The notes beneath the pieces are model-generated. The model was not told the DNA's origin. It was given only the letters and a program-made list of their open reading frames with translations, and did not search any database. Both the position numbers and the translations under genes were made by a program. Below, one piece after another: positions 10,454-22,125 of a DNA stretch of 55,823 nt; position 1 is the stretch's first letter, and the number at the start of each line of letters is the position of its first letter. The stretch covers positions 161,635,818 to 161,691,640 of the forward strand of contig NC_068983.1 of the NCBI RefSeq assembly GCF_001194135.2, written 5' to 3'. Origin of the DNA: Octopus bimaculoides (taxonomy: Eukaryota).

Positions 10454-11083
10454 ATGGCATCAGGAATAACTGAAGAACAACAGGCCATACTGAATGATCT
10501 CTACCTAAGACAACTTAACTTGCCAGATGCACTTACATTGGATAATATCATTGAGAACTTTTCTATGCTAAATCTAACATCTCTTTCAGATGTCTGTAAG
10601 GTGTGCTACAGTAATTCTACCTCTGTTCACTACCGGCCATGCTGCAATTTCCTGGTCTGTTCTTCGTGCTTAACACGTTACCTGTCTGAGAAAGTTCAGT
10701 TAGGAATTGTTAATATAAAATGTCTTAACATTTGTGAGTGCTACATCAACCAAGACGATATCATGGCTTACTTACCATCATCTTTGAAAGAGAAATTCAA
10801 CAAGTTTCTGGTTGACGCTAATAAGGATCCTTGTGTTAAAACCTGTCCAAACTGTTGTTCCATTATCTCAATTGACAAATCTCAAATGAAGCATAAAAAA
10901 TGCAAAAAAGGTCTGAAGGTTGTTTGTTCCACTTGTTCAACTGCAATATGTTTCCCCTGTCAAGCACAATGGCACGAAGGAATTACTTGCAAACAATTTC
11001 AGAAAGGAGACAAAATGGTCTCAATTTGGGCTAAAAATTACCAAAATGGTCAGCTTAATGCACAACAATGTCCAAAATGCAAG
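10454..11083 (+). CDS. RNF217: RBR-type E3 ubiquitin ligase RNF217-like, coding exon 1 (RING1, IBR, start of RING2); 210 codons
   Basis: Acceptor AG at 10450-10451, ATG at 10454, donor GT at 11084 (phase 0). CKVC..PCC..CSSC..C (RING1); CPNC..CSTC..CFPC..WHEGITC (IBR); CPKCK. Confidence 0.92.
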
Positions 11084-11123
11084 GTAGGAAATCTTTGATT
11101 TTTATTATTGACTTCTTCATTGT

Positions 11124-11340
11124 TTAACCCTTTAGTGTTCAGATTATTCTATCAAACATAATGCTTATTGATTCACATTGATTTGAATTAATCATGGATT
11201 ATCTCATACCTTCAAGATCTTGATGGTGTAAGTACTTAATGTAGAATAACATTGTAGTGTAGTGTGAGAGCCTGGATCTGAACATAAAACAGATTAAACA
11301 TTTTGGCCGGATATGGCCGGTTTAAATACTAAAGGGTTAA
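11124..11340. mobile_element. piggyBac-like MITE
   Basis: TTAACCCTTTAG ... CTAAAGGGTTAA ends (TTAA target site, CCC-start TIR); partial relatives near 17870, 19650, 30110 and 50770. Confidence 0.75.
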
Positions 11341-12544
11341 GCACTAAGTCCAGGCTCATAAGTCATCATCATTTAATGTCCATTTTCCAAGTGAGCATGG
11401 ATTGGATGGTTTGACAAGCTGGCTACCCTCAGAACTGCACCAGGCTCCACTGTCTGTTTCGGCATGGTTTCTATAGTTGGATAGCCTTCCTAATACCAAC
11501 CATTTTATAGTGTATATTGGGTGCCTTTTACATGGCACCAGCACAGGTGCCTTTTACGTTGCGCCAGCACGGGTGCCTTCTGTGCGGCACCAGCGCAGGT
11601 GCTTTATACTTTCTCCTTATTGACAGCATCCTGTACATGACTTGTACCACCACTCGGCTGTCTCTGTCAAAGGTTTTCTCCATATCAACAAAAGCCAACT
11701 GGTCAAGAACCCCTAATATTGTCTCTTAGATACATCCTGCACCAGTTACTGGTAAAAGTTTGTTCAAATAATTTTGGCAACAGTAAAAAGGTGACAACCT
11801 CTTTTTTTGTTTTTATTCAACCTTGTCTAAAACATCTCCGACTTGGGTTTAGTTTTAATTAAACTTCATTTTCTCTCCTTCATAAAACTGGATTCTTATC
11901 AATTATTTAAATCTTTTGTCTTTTACTTGTTTCACTCATTAGACTGTGGCCATGCTGGGGCACTGCCTCGAAGCAATTTTTTAGTCAAATGAATCAATGC
12001 TATTACCGTTTTTCTTTTTTTTCTTTTTTGAAACCTGGTACTTTTTTTGCCAGTCCCTTTTGCTGAACTGCTAAGTTACAGGGAACATAAACACACCAAT
12101 ACTAATTGTCAAGCAGTGGTGGGGGACAAACACACATATACATACAGTAGGCTTCTTTCAGGTTCCATCTACCAAATCCACTCACATGGGTCTGGTCAAC
12201 CCAAGGCACTTGGGTAAAAGACACTTGCCGAAGGTTCCATGTAATGGAACTGAACCTGGGACCATGTGGTTCAGAAGCAAGCTTCTTACCATACAGCCCT
12301 GCCTGTGCCTATGATAACATTGCCTTCAATTTGAATATTACTTTAGAGAGGAAAAACAATTGCTTTGAGGGAATTGCTTTCTATTTCGCAACCCACATCC
12401 CTTTCGTCTTGGCTTTTACTGATTTTCAACATCCGTCTGCGATTCTGCTCTCTCTTATAAAACTACTGCTGTCTTTATGTGTTCCATTTTAAGTTTGTTT
12501 CAATCAGTGAAATATTAGAGGTCTCTCTCTTTACTTTTTACTCT

Positions 12545-12756
12545 TTTACTTATTTCAGTCATTTGACTGCGGCCATGCTGGAGCACCACCTTTAGTCGAG
12601 CAAATCGACCCCAGGACTTATTCTTTGGAAACCTAGTAATTCTATCGGTCTCTTTTGCCGAACCGCTAAGTTACGGGGACGTAAACACACCACCATTGGT
12701 TGTCAAGCGATGTTGGGGAGACAAACACAGACACACAAACATACCCACACACATAC

Positions 12757-12824
<68 letters not shown>

Positions 12825-12975
12825 GACAGGCTTCTTTCAGTTTCTGTCTACCAAATCCACTCACAAGGCTTTGGTCGGCCCAAGGCTATAGTAGAAGACA
12901 CTTGCCCAAGGTGCCACGCAGTGGGACTGAACCCGGAACCATGTGGTTGGTAAGCAAGTTACTTACCACACAACC
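12545..12975 (-). mobile_element. tRNA-derived SINE family 1, full length with internal (AT)n
   Basis: Reverse complement of the 647-1320 element without the MITE. Confidence 0.85.
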
Positions 12976-13323
12976 ACTCCTACTGTATATATTTTTTTAT
13001 TATTTTCATAATTTGTATATATTTATTTTATTATAAATGCAAAACAACACTACAGAGTTTAAACTTATGTCGAGGAATCGACATAAGTTTAAATAATAAA
13101 CCGCAATAGGTGAATTGCGATATGGCGAAGGATTACTGTATTTTTAATCCCTTCTGCAGAGAGCAGAATGAGAACAGTGTACACCCATGGATCAAATAAA
13201 GAGTTAGGTTTGAAATTCTAATACAACAAACGAGTTTAACCCAAGACACCTGAAAAAGGCTGGAGCACATAATAGACAAAACATAGCGAAAGCAACAATC
13301 AAGATGGAGTCACCACACAATTA

Positions 13324-13600
13324 CATCATCATCATCATCTTTTAACGTCCGCTTTCCATGCTAGCATGGGTTGGACGATTTGACTGAGGTCTGGCGAACC
13401 AGATGGGTACACCAGGCTCCAATTTGATTTGGCAGAGTTTCTACAGCTGGATGCCCTTCCTAACGCCAGCCACTTGGAGAGTGTAGTGGGTGCTCTTACA
13501 TGCCACCGGCACAAAGGCCAGTCAGGCAGTACTGGCAACAGCCACGCTCAAAATGATGTATTTTATGTGCCACCTGCACAGGAGCCAGTCCAGCGGTGTA
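13324..13600 (-). mobile_element. RTE LINE 3' end
   Basis: (CAT)n plus shared 3'UTR on the minus strand. Confidence 0.75.
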
Positions 13601-14334
13601 CATAATAAACTGTATCTGATTTCTGTTCCTTCTCCCACTAGATTCTGTCTTTTCTGCCCTTCTACTAATAATTCAAAATCCATTTACTTACTCCATATCC
13701 CCCATCTACTCAATAGATGTCATCTTCTGCTGGTTTTCTTCTCAACATCTCTTTTATGTATCAGGATTTAATTTTAAATAATTTTTCCTCTCCTTCATTC
13801 TGTTCAAGATCGATTTACTTAAAATTCTTTCTCTTTCTTTGTTTCTTTCATTGAACAGTTCTGCAAGGAAACGGTGGGCTCTGCTCTTCCTGTTTATAAA
13901 AAAGAAATAAAAGTTCAACATCACAATTTGAGTTGAAGTGAGAGAATGACTGATTTGGGGTTTGAAACTTCTGGGGTGAAGTCAGCCTTAAGAAGTGCTC
14001 CCCAGTTCCATCCCCCACCCCACCACAGCTCCTTTGGAACCTCTCTTTAATCCCAAATGGCATCTCTACCTATTCTTTCTGTGATGATTTCTTTTATTGT
14101 TTTAGAGCAGGTACATAGCTGAACTGAAGGGATTGGCTCCATTATATTACTGGTAGTTTATTGATCCTGAGGTAGAGATAAAAGGCAAAATGAATCCAAT
14201 GATATAGTGGCCACCACCTAATATACAGTTATTTAATTGCCTGATTGTTGCCTTCTCTTGACAAAATGACTACAGCAGCAAAGCCATGTGGCACATGGAA
14301 TATACTTCTAGTTTAACATGTAGGAATCGTTTAT

Positions 14335-14690
14335 TTTTTACTTGTTTCAATCATTAGACTGCGGCCATTCTGGGGCACTGCCTTGAAGAATTTTAATTGA
14401 CCAGATCAACCCCAGTACTTATTCTATCGGTTTCTTTTGCCAAACTGCTAAGTTGTCAAAACCTAAACTCACCAACACTGGTTGTCAAGTGGTGGTGGGA
14501 GAGGGGGGAAACAAACATAGACACAAAGATGTACACACACATATATACAACAGGCTTCTTTCAATTTCCATCTATCAAATCCACACACAAGGCTTTGGTT
14601 GGTGTGAGGCTATAGTAGATACTTGCCCAAGGTGCCACGCAGTGAAACTCATCCCGGAACCATGTAGCTGGAAAGCAAATAGGATTACCA
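14335..14690 (-). mobile_element. SINE family 1 (degenerate)
   Basis: Homologous to 12545-12975. Confidence 0.7.
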
Positions 14691-14736
14691 CAAAATTTCA
14701 TTAAACTTCTACTTGTAAAAAAAATGTTTATTTCTA

Positions 14737-15495
14737 GGCACAGGAGTGGCTGTGTGGTAAGTAGCTTGCTTACCAGCCACATGGTTCCAGGTTCAGTCCC
14801 ACTGCGTGGCACCTTGGGCAGGTGTTTTCTAATATAGCCTGACCAAGGCCTTGTGAATGGATTTGGTAGATGGAAACTGAAAGAAGCCCATCATATATAT
14901 GTATGTATATATANNNNNNNNNNNNNNNNNNNNNNNNNNNNNNNNNNNNNNNNNNNNNNNNNNNNNNNNNNNNNNNNNNNNNNNNNNNNNNNNNNNNNNN
15001 NNNNNNNNNNNNNNNNNNNNNNNNNNNNNNNNNNNNNNNNNNNNNNNNNNNNNNNNNNNNNNNNNNNNNNNNNNNNNNNNNNNNNNNNNNNNNNNNNNNN
15101 NNNNNNNNNNNNNNNNNNNNNNNNNNNNNNNNNNNNNNNNNNNNNNNNNNNNNNNNNNNNNNNNNNNNNNNNNNNNNNNNNNNNNNNNNNNNNNNNNNNN
15201 NNNNNNNNNNNNNNNNNNNNNNNNNNNNNNNNNNNNNNNNNNNNNNNNNNNNNNNNNNNNNNNNNNNNNNNNNNNNNNNNNNNNNNCCCCCCCCCCCCCC
15301 CCACACACACACACACAACATCGCTTGACAACTGATGCTGGTGTGTTTACATCCCCGTAACTTAGCAGTTTGACATAAGAGACCGATAGAATAAGTACTA
15401 GGCTTACAAAGAAATAAGTCCTGGAGTCGATTTCCTTGACTAAAGTCAGAGCTCCAGCATGGCCACAGTCAAAATGACTGAAACAAGAAAAAGAA
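14737..15495 (+). mobile_element. SINE family 1 spanning an assembly gap
   Basis: Head CACAGGAGTGGCTGTGTGGTAAG and 3' end CAGTCAAAATGACTGAAACAAG flank the N-run. Confidence 0.75.
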
Positions 15496-15547
15496 ACAAG
15501 TATATGATATTCACACACACACACACCTTTTTTTTTTCTTTTTTCAG

Positions 15548-15749
15548 ATTTTCATCCAACGTTCCACTGGCTGTGATCAAATGTCTTGTAAGAAATGTGA
15601 TACCAATTTCTGCTATCTTTGTGGAGATAAATTTCGTGGAATTAAATTTTTTGGTGATCATTTTAGCAAATTAAGTGTATTTGGTTGCAAATACCATTTC
15701 CTCCCACAAAAAAATATCACCAGGAAATTAATTCGAGGAACTTTATTTG
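15548..15749 (+). CDS. RNF217: RNF217-like coding exon 2 (RING2/Rcat and RNF217-type post-RING segment)
   Basis: TTTTCAG|ATT...TTT G|GTAAGT; IFIQRSTGCDQMSCKKCDTNFCYLCGDKFRGIKFFGDHFSKLSVFGCKYHFLPQKNITRKLIRGTLF, matching the recalled RNF217 motif FFGDHxSxLSxFGCKY. Confidence 0.92.
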
Positions 15750-17080
15750 GTAAGTAAAACCCATGATTATTCCATAACATAAACTTTAGAATGGAATCAT
15801 TTATTGGAATTTATCAGAACAATTAGCAGCACATTTTGATTTAATTTTTTTCTTTTTTTTTACTCTAACAAAAGTAATTCTTGTAAGGAAGCCCAGAAAA
15901 TTATTAAAACAAATTCAGGAAAAGATTAATTTTTATTTTATCCAGAAAGAATAAAAGACTCGACTTAGAATGATTTGGATGCAGAGCAATGCAACTAGTT
16001 ATGGTAAAATAGCTGGCCCAGTGAATGAACAATTTCTACAGTTTTTTTAGATATTATTCTTAGATTCCGATATTATTTTCAACTATTGGTTATGCAGATT
16101 CCTCATTGTTATCCTTCTCAACAGACAGAGGATGGGCAGAAAATTATTGCTCTATGAGCTGACAAGACTTAAACCAAGATTTTTATGGATCCATAGTTTG
16201 TATCTTGTCACTGAAGTGTCACTGCATCCATGGCTGTTTGTTGGTTTGGTTCACATTAACAGACACATCTCATATTACTGGCTTCAAAGACTGAGTTCAA
16301 GGGCTCCTTAGAGAATGAAGTGATTTGCAGCCCAAGGAAGGCAAAGTTTTTCATGATAAACAAAAACCCCAATAATAAGGGATCTAATCTCTTGTTTAAC
16401 CAATATTTTAGTGGAAGCAGTAGAAGACCCAAAGATACATAGTTGCAATTGTAAGTTCTATACCTCCATGAGAGAGTAAATTTAATCTGATCTGTCAGTC
16501 ACAATTAATCCCATTTTATACCATCTTTCAATAAATACTTGAAGCAAACATGTGGTAATGCTTCTCCAACTGGTGTTGGTGCCATGTAAAAGGCACCCAG
16601 CACACTCTGTAAAGTGGTTGGCATTAGGAAGAAATCAAGCCAAAACTGACTATAGAACCTGGAGCAGTTCCTGTCCATTGTGGCCTGACTTTTCATCTGA
16701 TGTCACTTTGTCCAAGGGCTTTTGGTCCAACAACTTTTTATCTGATGATCTTTTTGTCCAATTTTAAATAAACTCTTTAGAAAACAAGGTGAACGTCAAA
16801 ATCAAATAATCATTGAGAATTTTATTGATAGGGTTTGTCGTTGGACCAAAAGATGTGGACTAAAAGACGTTTGACGAAAAGACATTTGACAGTGACATTG
16901 GATGAAAAGATGTAGCACTCCTATCCATCTGTCCAACCCATGCCAGCATGGAAAGCAGACATTAAATGTTGATGGTGATGAAACGCCGTAAAAGTACAAA
17001 CTATGAAAATATTTTCCCAATTCTACAATTCAATATTATAACAATTTGATCGAAATAAATTTGTTCTTCTTTGTCTACAG

Positions 17081-17242
17081 GTGGAAAGTTGCTGGCTTCA
17101 ATTATGCTTGGTAGCTTGGCTGTTGGGGTTGGTGGCGCTCTTGTAGGATTAGGGACTGTCTTCCTCCCAGTTTATGGAAGTGTCTGCCTGTATCGACGCT
17201 TGAAGTATCAAAAAAAGGTCTTAAATAAATACAGAATTAACT
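17081..17242 (+). CDS. RNF217: RNF217-like coding exon 3 (hydrophobic transmembrane segment and basic flank)
   Basis: TCTACAG|GT phase 1; GKLLASIMLGSLAVGVGGALVGLGTVFLPVYGSVCLYRRLKYQKK; donor GTAAGT at 17243. Confidence 0.88.
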
Positions 17243-17544
17243 GTAAGTAGACTGATTAATTTGATTGTTACATCCCCGTCCCTTGTGAGTATCCCTGGCA
17301 CTTTTCCACCATTACTATCCTGTTGTCTCCCACTCTCTCTCTCTCTCTCTGTTTCTGTTTTCATTCCCGATCTCTCTCTCCTCTCCTCTCCGGTCAGGTA
17401 ACCTTGTACCCCCCTCTACAGCAAGACACCTGTTTCTGTCTCTCTCTGCCTCACTATAACCTTTCATCATCTGACACAAGATCACCTCCTCCAATGCCCC
17501 CTCACCTTCAAAAGATTTGTCTTGCAAAGGTACTTGGTGACCCT

Positions 17545-17850
17545 GTCAATGCAGGTGCCACGTAAAAAGCATCTGGTCCACACTGCAAAGTTGTTGGCAT
17601 TTAGAAGGACATCCAACTGGAAAAACCTTTCCAAAACTGACCTCGCCTGTGCTTGTGCCACGTTAAAAGCACTCAGCCCATTCTGAGTGGTTGGTGTTAG
17701 GAAGGGCATCCAGCTGTAAAAATCCTGCCAAAACAGTCACAGAAGTCTGGTGCAAGCTTCTGCCTGGCTGGCTCCTGTCAAACCATCCCACCCATGCCAA
17801 CATGGAAGGCGAACGTTAAACAACGATGATGATGATTTTGATGATGATGT
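17545..17850 (+). mobile_element. RTE LINE 3' end with duplicated internal segment
   Basis: Two GAAGG(A/G)CATCCA motifs, then shared 3'UTR and (GAT)n. Confidence 0.7.
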
Positions 17851-18449
17851 CTTCTGTATATCAGACAGTTTAATCCAGTCATATCCAGCCCAAATATTCT
17901 ACCTGTTTTATCTTCAAACTGACCAGATCCAACCTCTCACACCAACCTTACAATGTCATTCTAAAAATATACAAACACACTATTGAGACCATGATACTGT
18001 GTGAATAATTCAAAACAATGTGAATAAATAAGCATTTCTTTTTACAGGGTAATCTGAATGTTGAAGGATTAAGGAGGAGAATCTTCCAGTAGGAAACTTA
18101 TACAATATTATCATAAAATGATAATATTGTATACATGTAACATCATTGTTTTAACATGTATTTTTCCATGTTTGCTTAGGTCCTATGGAACTTCGTGAGG
18201 TGGACTTCGATTTTGCACAGATGGATGCCCTTTCTGTCACCAACCCTCATTTATTTCAAGGTAAGGTAATATCTCTCCATGTCCAGCATGATTTTTTGGA
18301 AGATTGGAAAGGGAGGAGACAGAAATGCTTGCTTACAACTATCACTGTATGCCAAAGCAAGGAAACAGTAATACACACACCTCATCATCACTATCAATTT
18401 CGTCATCTTTATCATTATTTAACATCCATATCCCACCAGCATCACATAA

Positions 18450-18887
18450 CCAGCCCATTTAAAAAGTACTTTTGAATGGTCGGATGACATATCATGCTGG
18501 AGGAGACCTATTGAGTCAAGTAAAATCACAATCACAATGAAGTGGAAATTGTAGTTGTGGCCGATGCCAGTGCCAAGTGACTGGCTCCTATGCTGGTGGC
18601 ATGTAAAAAGCACCATCTGAATGTGGTCAGTGCTAATACCCCCTGCCCCGACCAGCAGCATGTAAAAAGCACCATCCGAACGTGGCCGATGCCAGTGCCA
18701 CTGGCATGTAAAAAACACCAACTACACTCTCAGTGGTTGGCGTTAGGAAAGGCATCCAATTGTAGAAACTTTACCAGATCAGATTGGAGCCTGGTGCAGC
18801 CTCCTGGCTTGCCAGTCCCCATTCAAACCATCCAACCCATGCCACCATAGAAAACCGACATTAAACGATGATGATGATGATGATGAT
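18450..18887 (+). mobile_element. RTE LINE 3' end
   Basis: ORF-end homologue GAGGAGACCTATTGAGTCAAGTAA, 3'UTR, (GAT)n. Confidence 0.75.
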
Positions 18888-19027
18888 TCTATGCTGGCAT
18901 GAGTTGGATGGTTCGACAAAAACTGGCAAGTCACAAGGCTGCACCAAGATCTGCTGTCTGTTTTGGCATGGTTTCTATGATTGCTTGCCCTTCCTAATGC
19001 CAGCCACTTTACAGAGTATACTGGGTG

Positions 19028-19032
<5 letters not shown>
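18888..19032 (-). mobile_element. RTE LINE 3' end, tail-to-tail with previous copy
   Basis: Reverse complement of the shared 3'UTR begins immediately after the (GAT)n. Confidence 0.65.

Positions 19033-19086
<54 letters not shown>
19033..19086. repeat. (TG)n microsatellite
   Basis: Direct. Confidence 0.95.
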
Positions 19087-19087
<1 letters not shown>

Positions 19088-20114
19088 CATCTGCACTATT
19101 GAGGTTGCCGTGCAGCTCACGGGACGATGAACCCTGGGGTAAGTAAGGGATCATCTTCATGTTAGCGAGTAAGGGATTAAATTGTGAGGAGTTGGGGGTC
19201 AAAGCAGGTTTTTTAAAAAACATTCAGCTTATCAAATAAACTAAATCTTGTTTACAAAAATTTGTAATTATTAATTTAACCGGAGTTTAGAATTTCGTGA
19301 AACCTGTCTTTGACACTAAAATTGGAATTCTCTGACTTGGTGCGTTTCTATAGAATCTAAAATGAAGACAATTTGTGTCGAGTTTAACTTTTTAGTAGTT
19401 ATTTCTTTATTGCCCAGAAGGGGTTAAACATAGAGGGGACAAACAAGGACAAAGAATTAAGTCGAGTACATCGATCCCCAGTGCATAACTGGTACTTATT
19501 TAATCGACCCCCAAAAGAATGAAAGGCAAAGTCGACCTCGGCGGAATTTGAACTCAGAACAATGGCAGATGAAATACTGCTAAGCATTTTGCCCGGCATG
19601 CTAACGATTCTGCCAACTCGTCAAATGTAGTGCGTAATTTATTCATATTGCTTTGGATTAATCTGGGATTATCTCATAGCTTCAAGATTTTGATGATGTG
19701 ACTGTTTATTTTTAGAACAATATTGTACAGGGTCGGTGTGAGAGTCTGGATCTGCCCAGTTTCAGCATAAAACAGGTAAAATATTTTGGCCAGATTTGAC
19801 CAGTTTAAATGCTAAAGGGTTAAGAATTCTATGGATGGTTTTTTGTGTTTGTTTTATGTCCATTTTTCTACATTCTTCCATGTTGGCATGGATTAAACAA
19901 ATACAAATTTATCAACATATTGTTTTGCAACCAGAAACTCTTTCTGTTGCTGATCCTGTTTTTCAAATAAAGGAGATTCCATTCTATTTCCACCATTATT
20001 TTGTTCCTCAAAAAAAGATGTGAAATCTTTTTTTTTTTAATAACACTTTTTATATTAAATTTATTAATTTTTTATTTGTCATTGTTTAATTTTATTCTTT
20101 TATTTATGCCATAG

Positions 20115-20446
20115 ATTCCAACAACAGTTTCGATGACCTCCAACTCTACTTTGCCAGACCACACAAACTAATATTAGACGAAAACATTGATTTTATCCAC
20201 AATTATCCTTCAAAACAAACAGATAATTCTTCAGACATAAAACCTGAAGGAATATATAGCCTACCAAGCACTTTGTTTCAGCTTGAAGAGGACTCCGATC
20301 TTGGTCATTCTAGTATGCTGTCTGTCTGCCACAGCTGTGAGTCAATAGCATCAAATTCTAACACGTGTTTACATTCGGACTCTGATGAGGATTCCATTTT
20401 TTCAGCCTTGTCTAGTAGTGTTTTAGACTTGCAGACAAATATTTAA
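20115..20446 (+). CDS. RNF217: RNF217-like terminal coding exon (110-aa Ser/Asp-rich tail)
   Basis: Long pyrimidine tract plus CATAG| acceptor; phase 1 matches the previous donor; 109 open codons to TAA at 20444-20446. Confidence 0.72.
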
Positions 20447-20794
20447 ACCAAAAAATTTATTCCTCAAATCTTTTGAGAGAAAAAAAACAACAAAACATTG
20501 TGATAAGACTGATCTTCGTTAATTTTTATAATCATTTCAATAACTTATTGAACAGCTTCCTATGAAAAACACTTCATCATTACAGAAAATATTTTACAAT
20601 TTTTGTTTTATTTTTTCATGCATTAATTAATAATTAATTAATTAAAGCTGTTTTATTATTTATTATCTTGTGACAAACGATTATTTTTCCATAAATTCCA
20701 ACAAGATAAAAAAAGCAAAAACTTTTTTATTTCTTATGTGGGAATTGTTCAATATAACATGTATTGTTTTATTATTGTCAAATTTCTTTTATTG

Positions 20795-21056
20795 TTGCCA
20801 GTGCAGGTGGCACGTAAAAAAACACCTTTTCAGCATGGCCGTTGCCAGTCCTTTGTGACTGGCCCTCATGCTGGTGGCACGTAAAAAGCACTCACTACAC
20901 TCTCAGAGTGGTTGGTGTTAGGAAGGGCATCCAGCTGTAGAAACTCTGCCAGATCAGATTGGAGCCTGGTGCAGCCTTCTGGCTTGCCAGTACTCAGTCA
21001 AATCGTCTAACTCATGCTAGCATGGAAAGCGGATGTTAAACGTTGATGATGATGAT
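20795..21056 (+). mobile_element. RTE LINE 3' end
   Basis: Shared 3'UTR and (GAT)n. Confidence 0.8.
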
Positions 21057-21921
21057 ACAAGACAACCATTCCACATTTGTTGCCTTATTCAAATGGAATA
21101 TTGTGTCTGGTCATAGAATTGGAAACATTTCAATATTTTTTTTTCTTTGCTTCTGAAGTCATTTTATTTTCTCTTCCTTTCTATTTATGAATCCTCGTTC
21201 CTGACTCAACATCCCCATGGATGTTCACTATTTTTATAAAATAATTTATATTTTATCCATCTTAATGCGGGTTCCCCATTTATTCTGGGGTAAGGAATTT
21301 TTTACCAATGCTGAACTTAAAAGATTATGATTCTACATTAATATTAATAAATTCCTAATTTTATTTCTCTTCTGAGACTGAGCAAAATACCACTCCCAAC
21401 ATATGAATCAGCTCTTCTTATTCCTTTTTAAAATATTTCTCTAGGCCTGAAAGCTCTATTGTAGCTTATTGTTTTCGGTACAGTTGACTTTTTGGTGCCT
21501 TCTAACAAAATGAAGTAATTTCAAGTTACCAAACTTATAGGAGCTGCTAAAATATTGAGGTTTATCTTCTTTAATAAATCCATTTCTAAACCAAGTTAAA
21601 TCTTTAAGGAACTGTTCCTCATAAACCAGTCCATATCCAATATACTCCCAGCCAATAACATTTTTTGCATTTTCTGTCCAAATGAAAGTATCCATCAAAA
21701 TCTATTTTGTTTTCGTATCATTTTGTTGGACAAATTGTCCAATACTTTCCAACCAGTAAAAGACATTCAAATATTTTATATTAAATGTTATAGAAAAGTT
21801 AATAATCCAGAACTCGCCTTCTTAAAAAGAACCCTTCTAATAATGTTTCAGTTTGAGATAGATACATCATCGGAACATTATTTACATTTGACGGATATTT
21901 GTCCTCATCTTGTTTGTTGGT

Positions 21922-21967
21922 AACACAACGTTTCGGCTGATATACCCTCCAGCCATCATCAGGTGTC
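21922..21967 (-). ncRNA. Minimal type I hammerhead ribozyme motif (best preserved copy)
   Basis: GACAC-CUGAUGA-U-GGCUG-GAGGGUAUAU-CAGCC-GAAA-CGUU-GUGUU: complete core, 5-bp stems I and II, palindromic AACGUU stem III. Confidence 0.7.
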
Positions 21968-22079
21968 TTGGGGGAAATTTCAAACCTGGGTTCTCATTCC
22001 TGAGGTATTTTTCGATGTTATTATTATTCAGGTCACTGCCTGAAATCGAAAAATACCTTAGGATTCGAAATTTCCCCAA

Positions 22080-22125
22080 GACACCTGATGAAGGCCAGAG
22101 GGTATATCAGCCGAAACATTGTGTT
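22080..22125 (+). ncRNA. Hammerhead motif, partly decayed
   Basis: GACAC-CUGAUGA-A-GGCCA..CAGCC-GAAA-CAUU-GUGUU; stem II and stem III substitutions. Confidence 0.5.
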
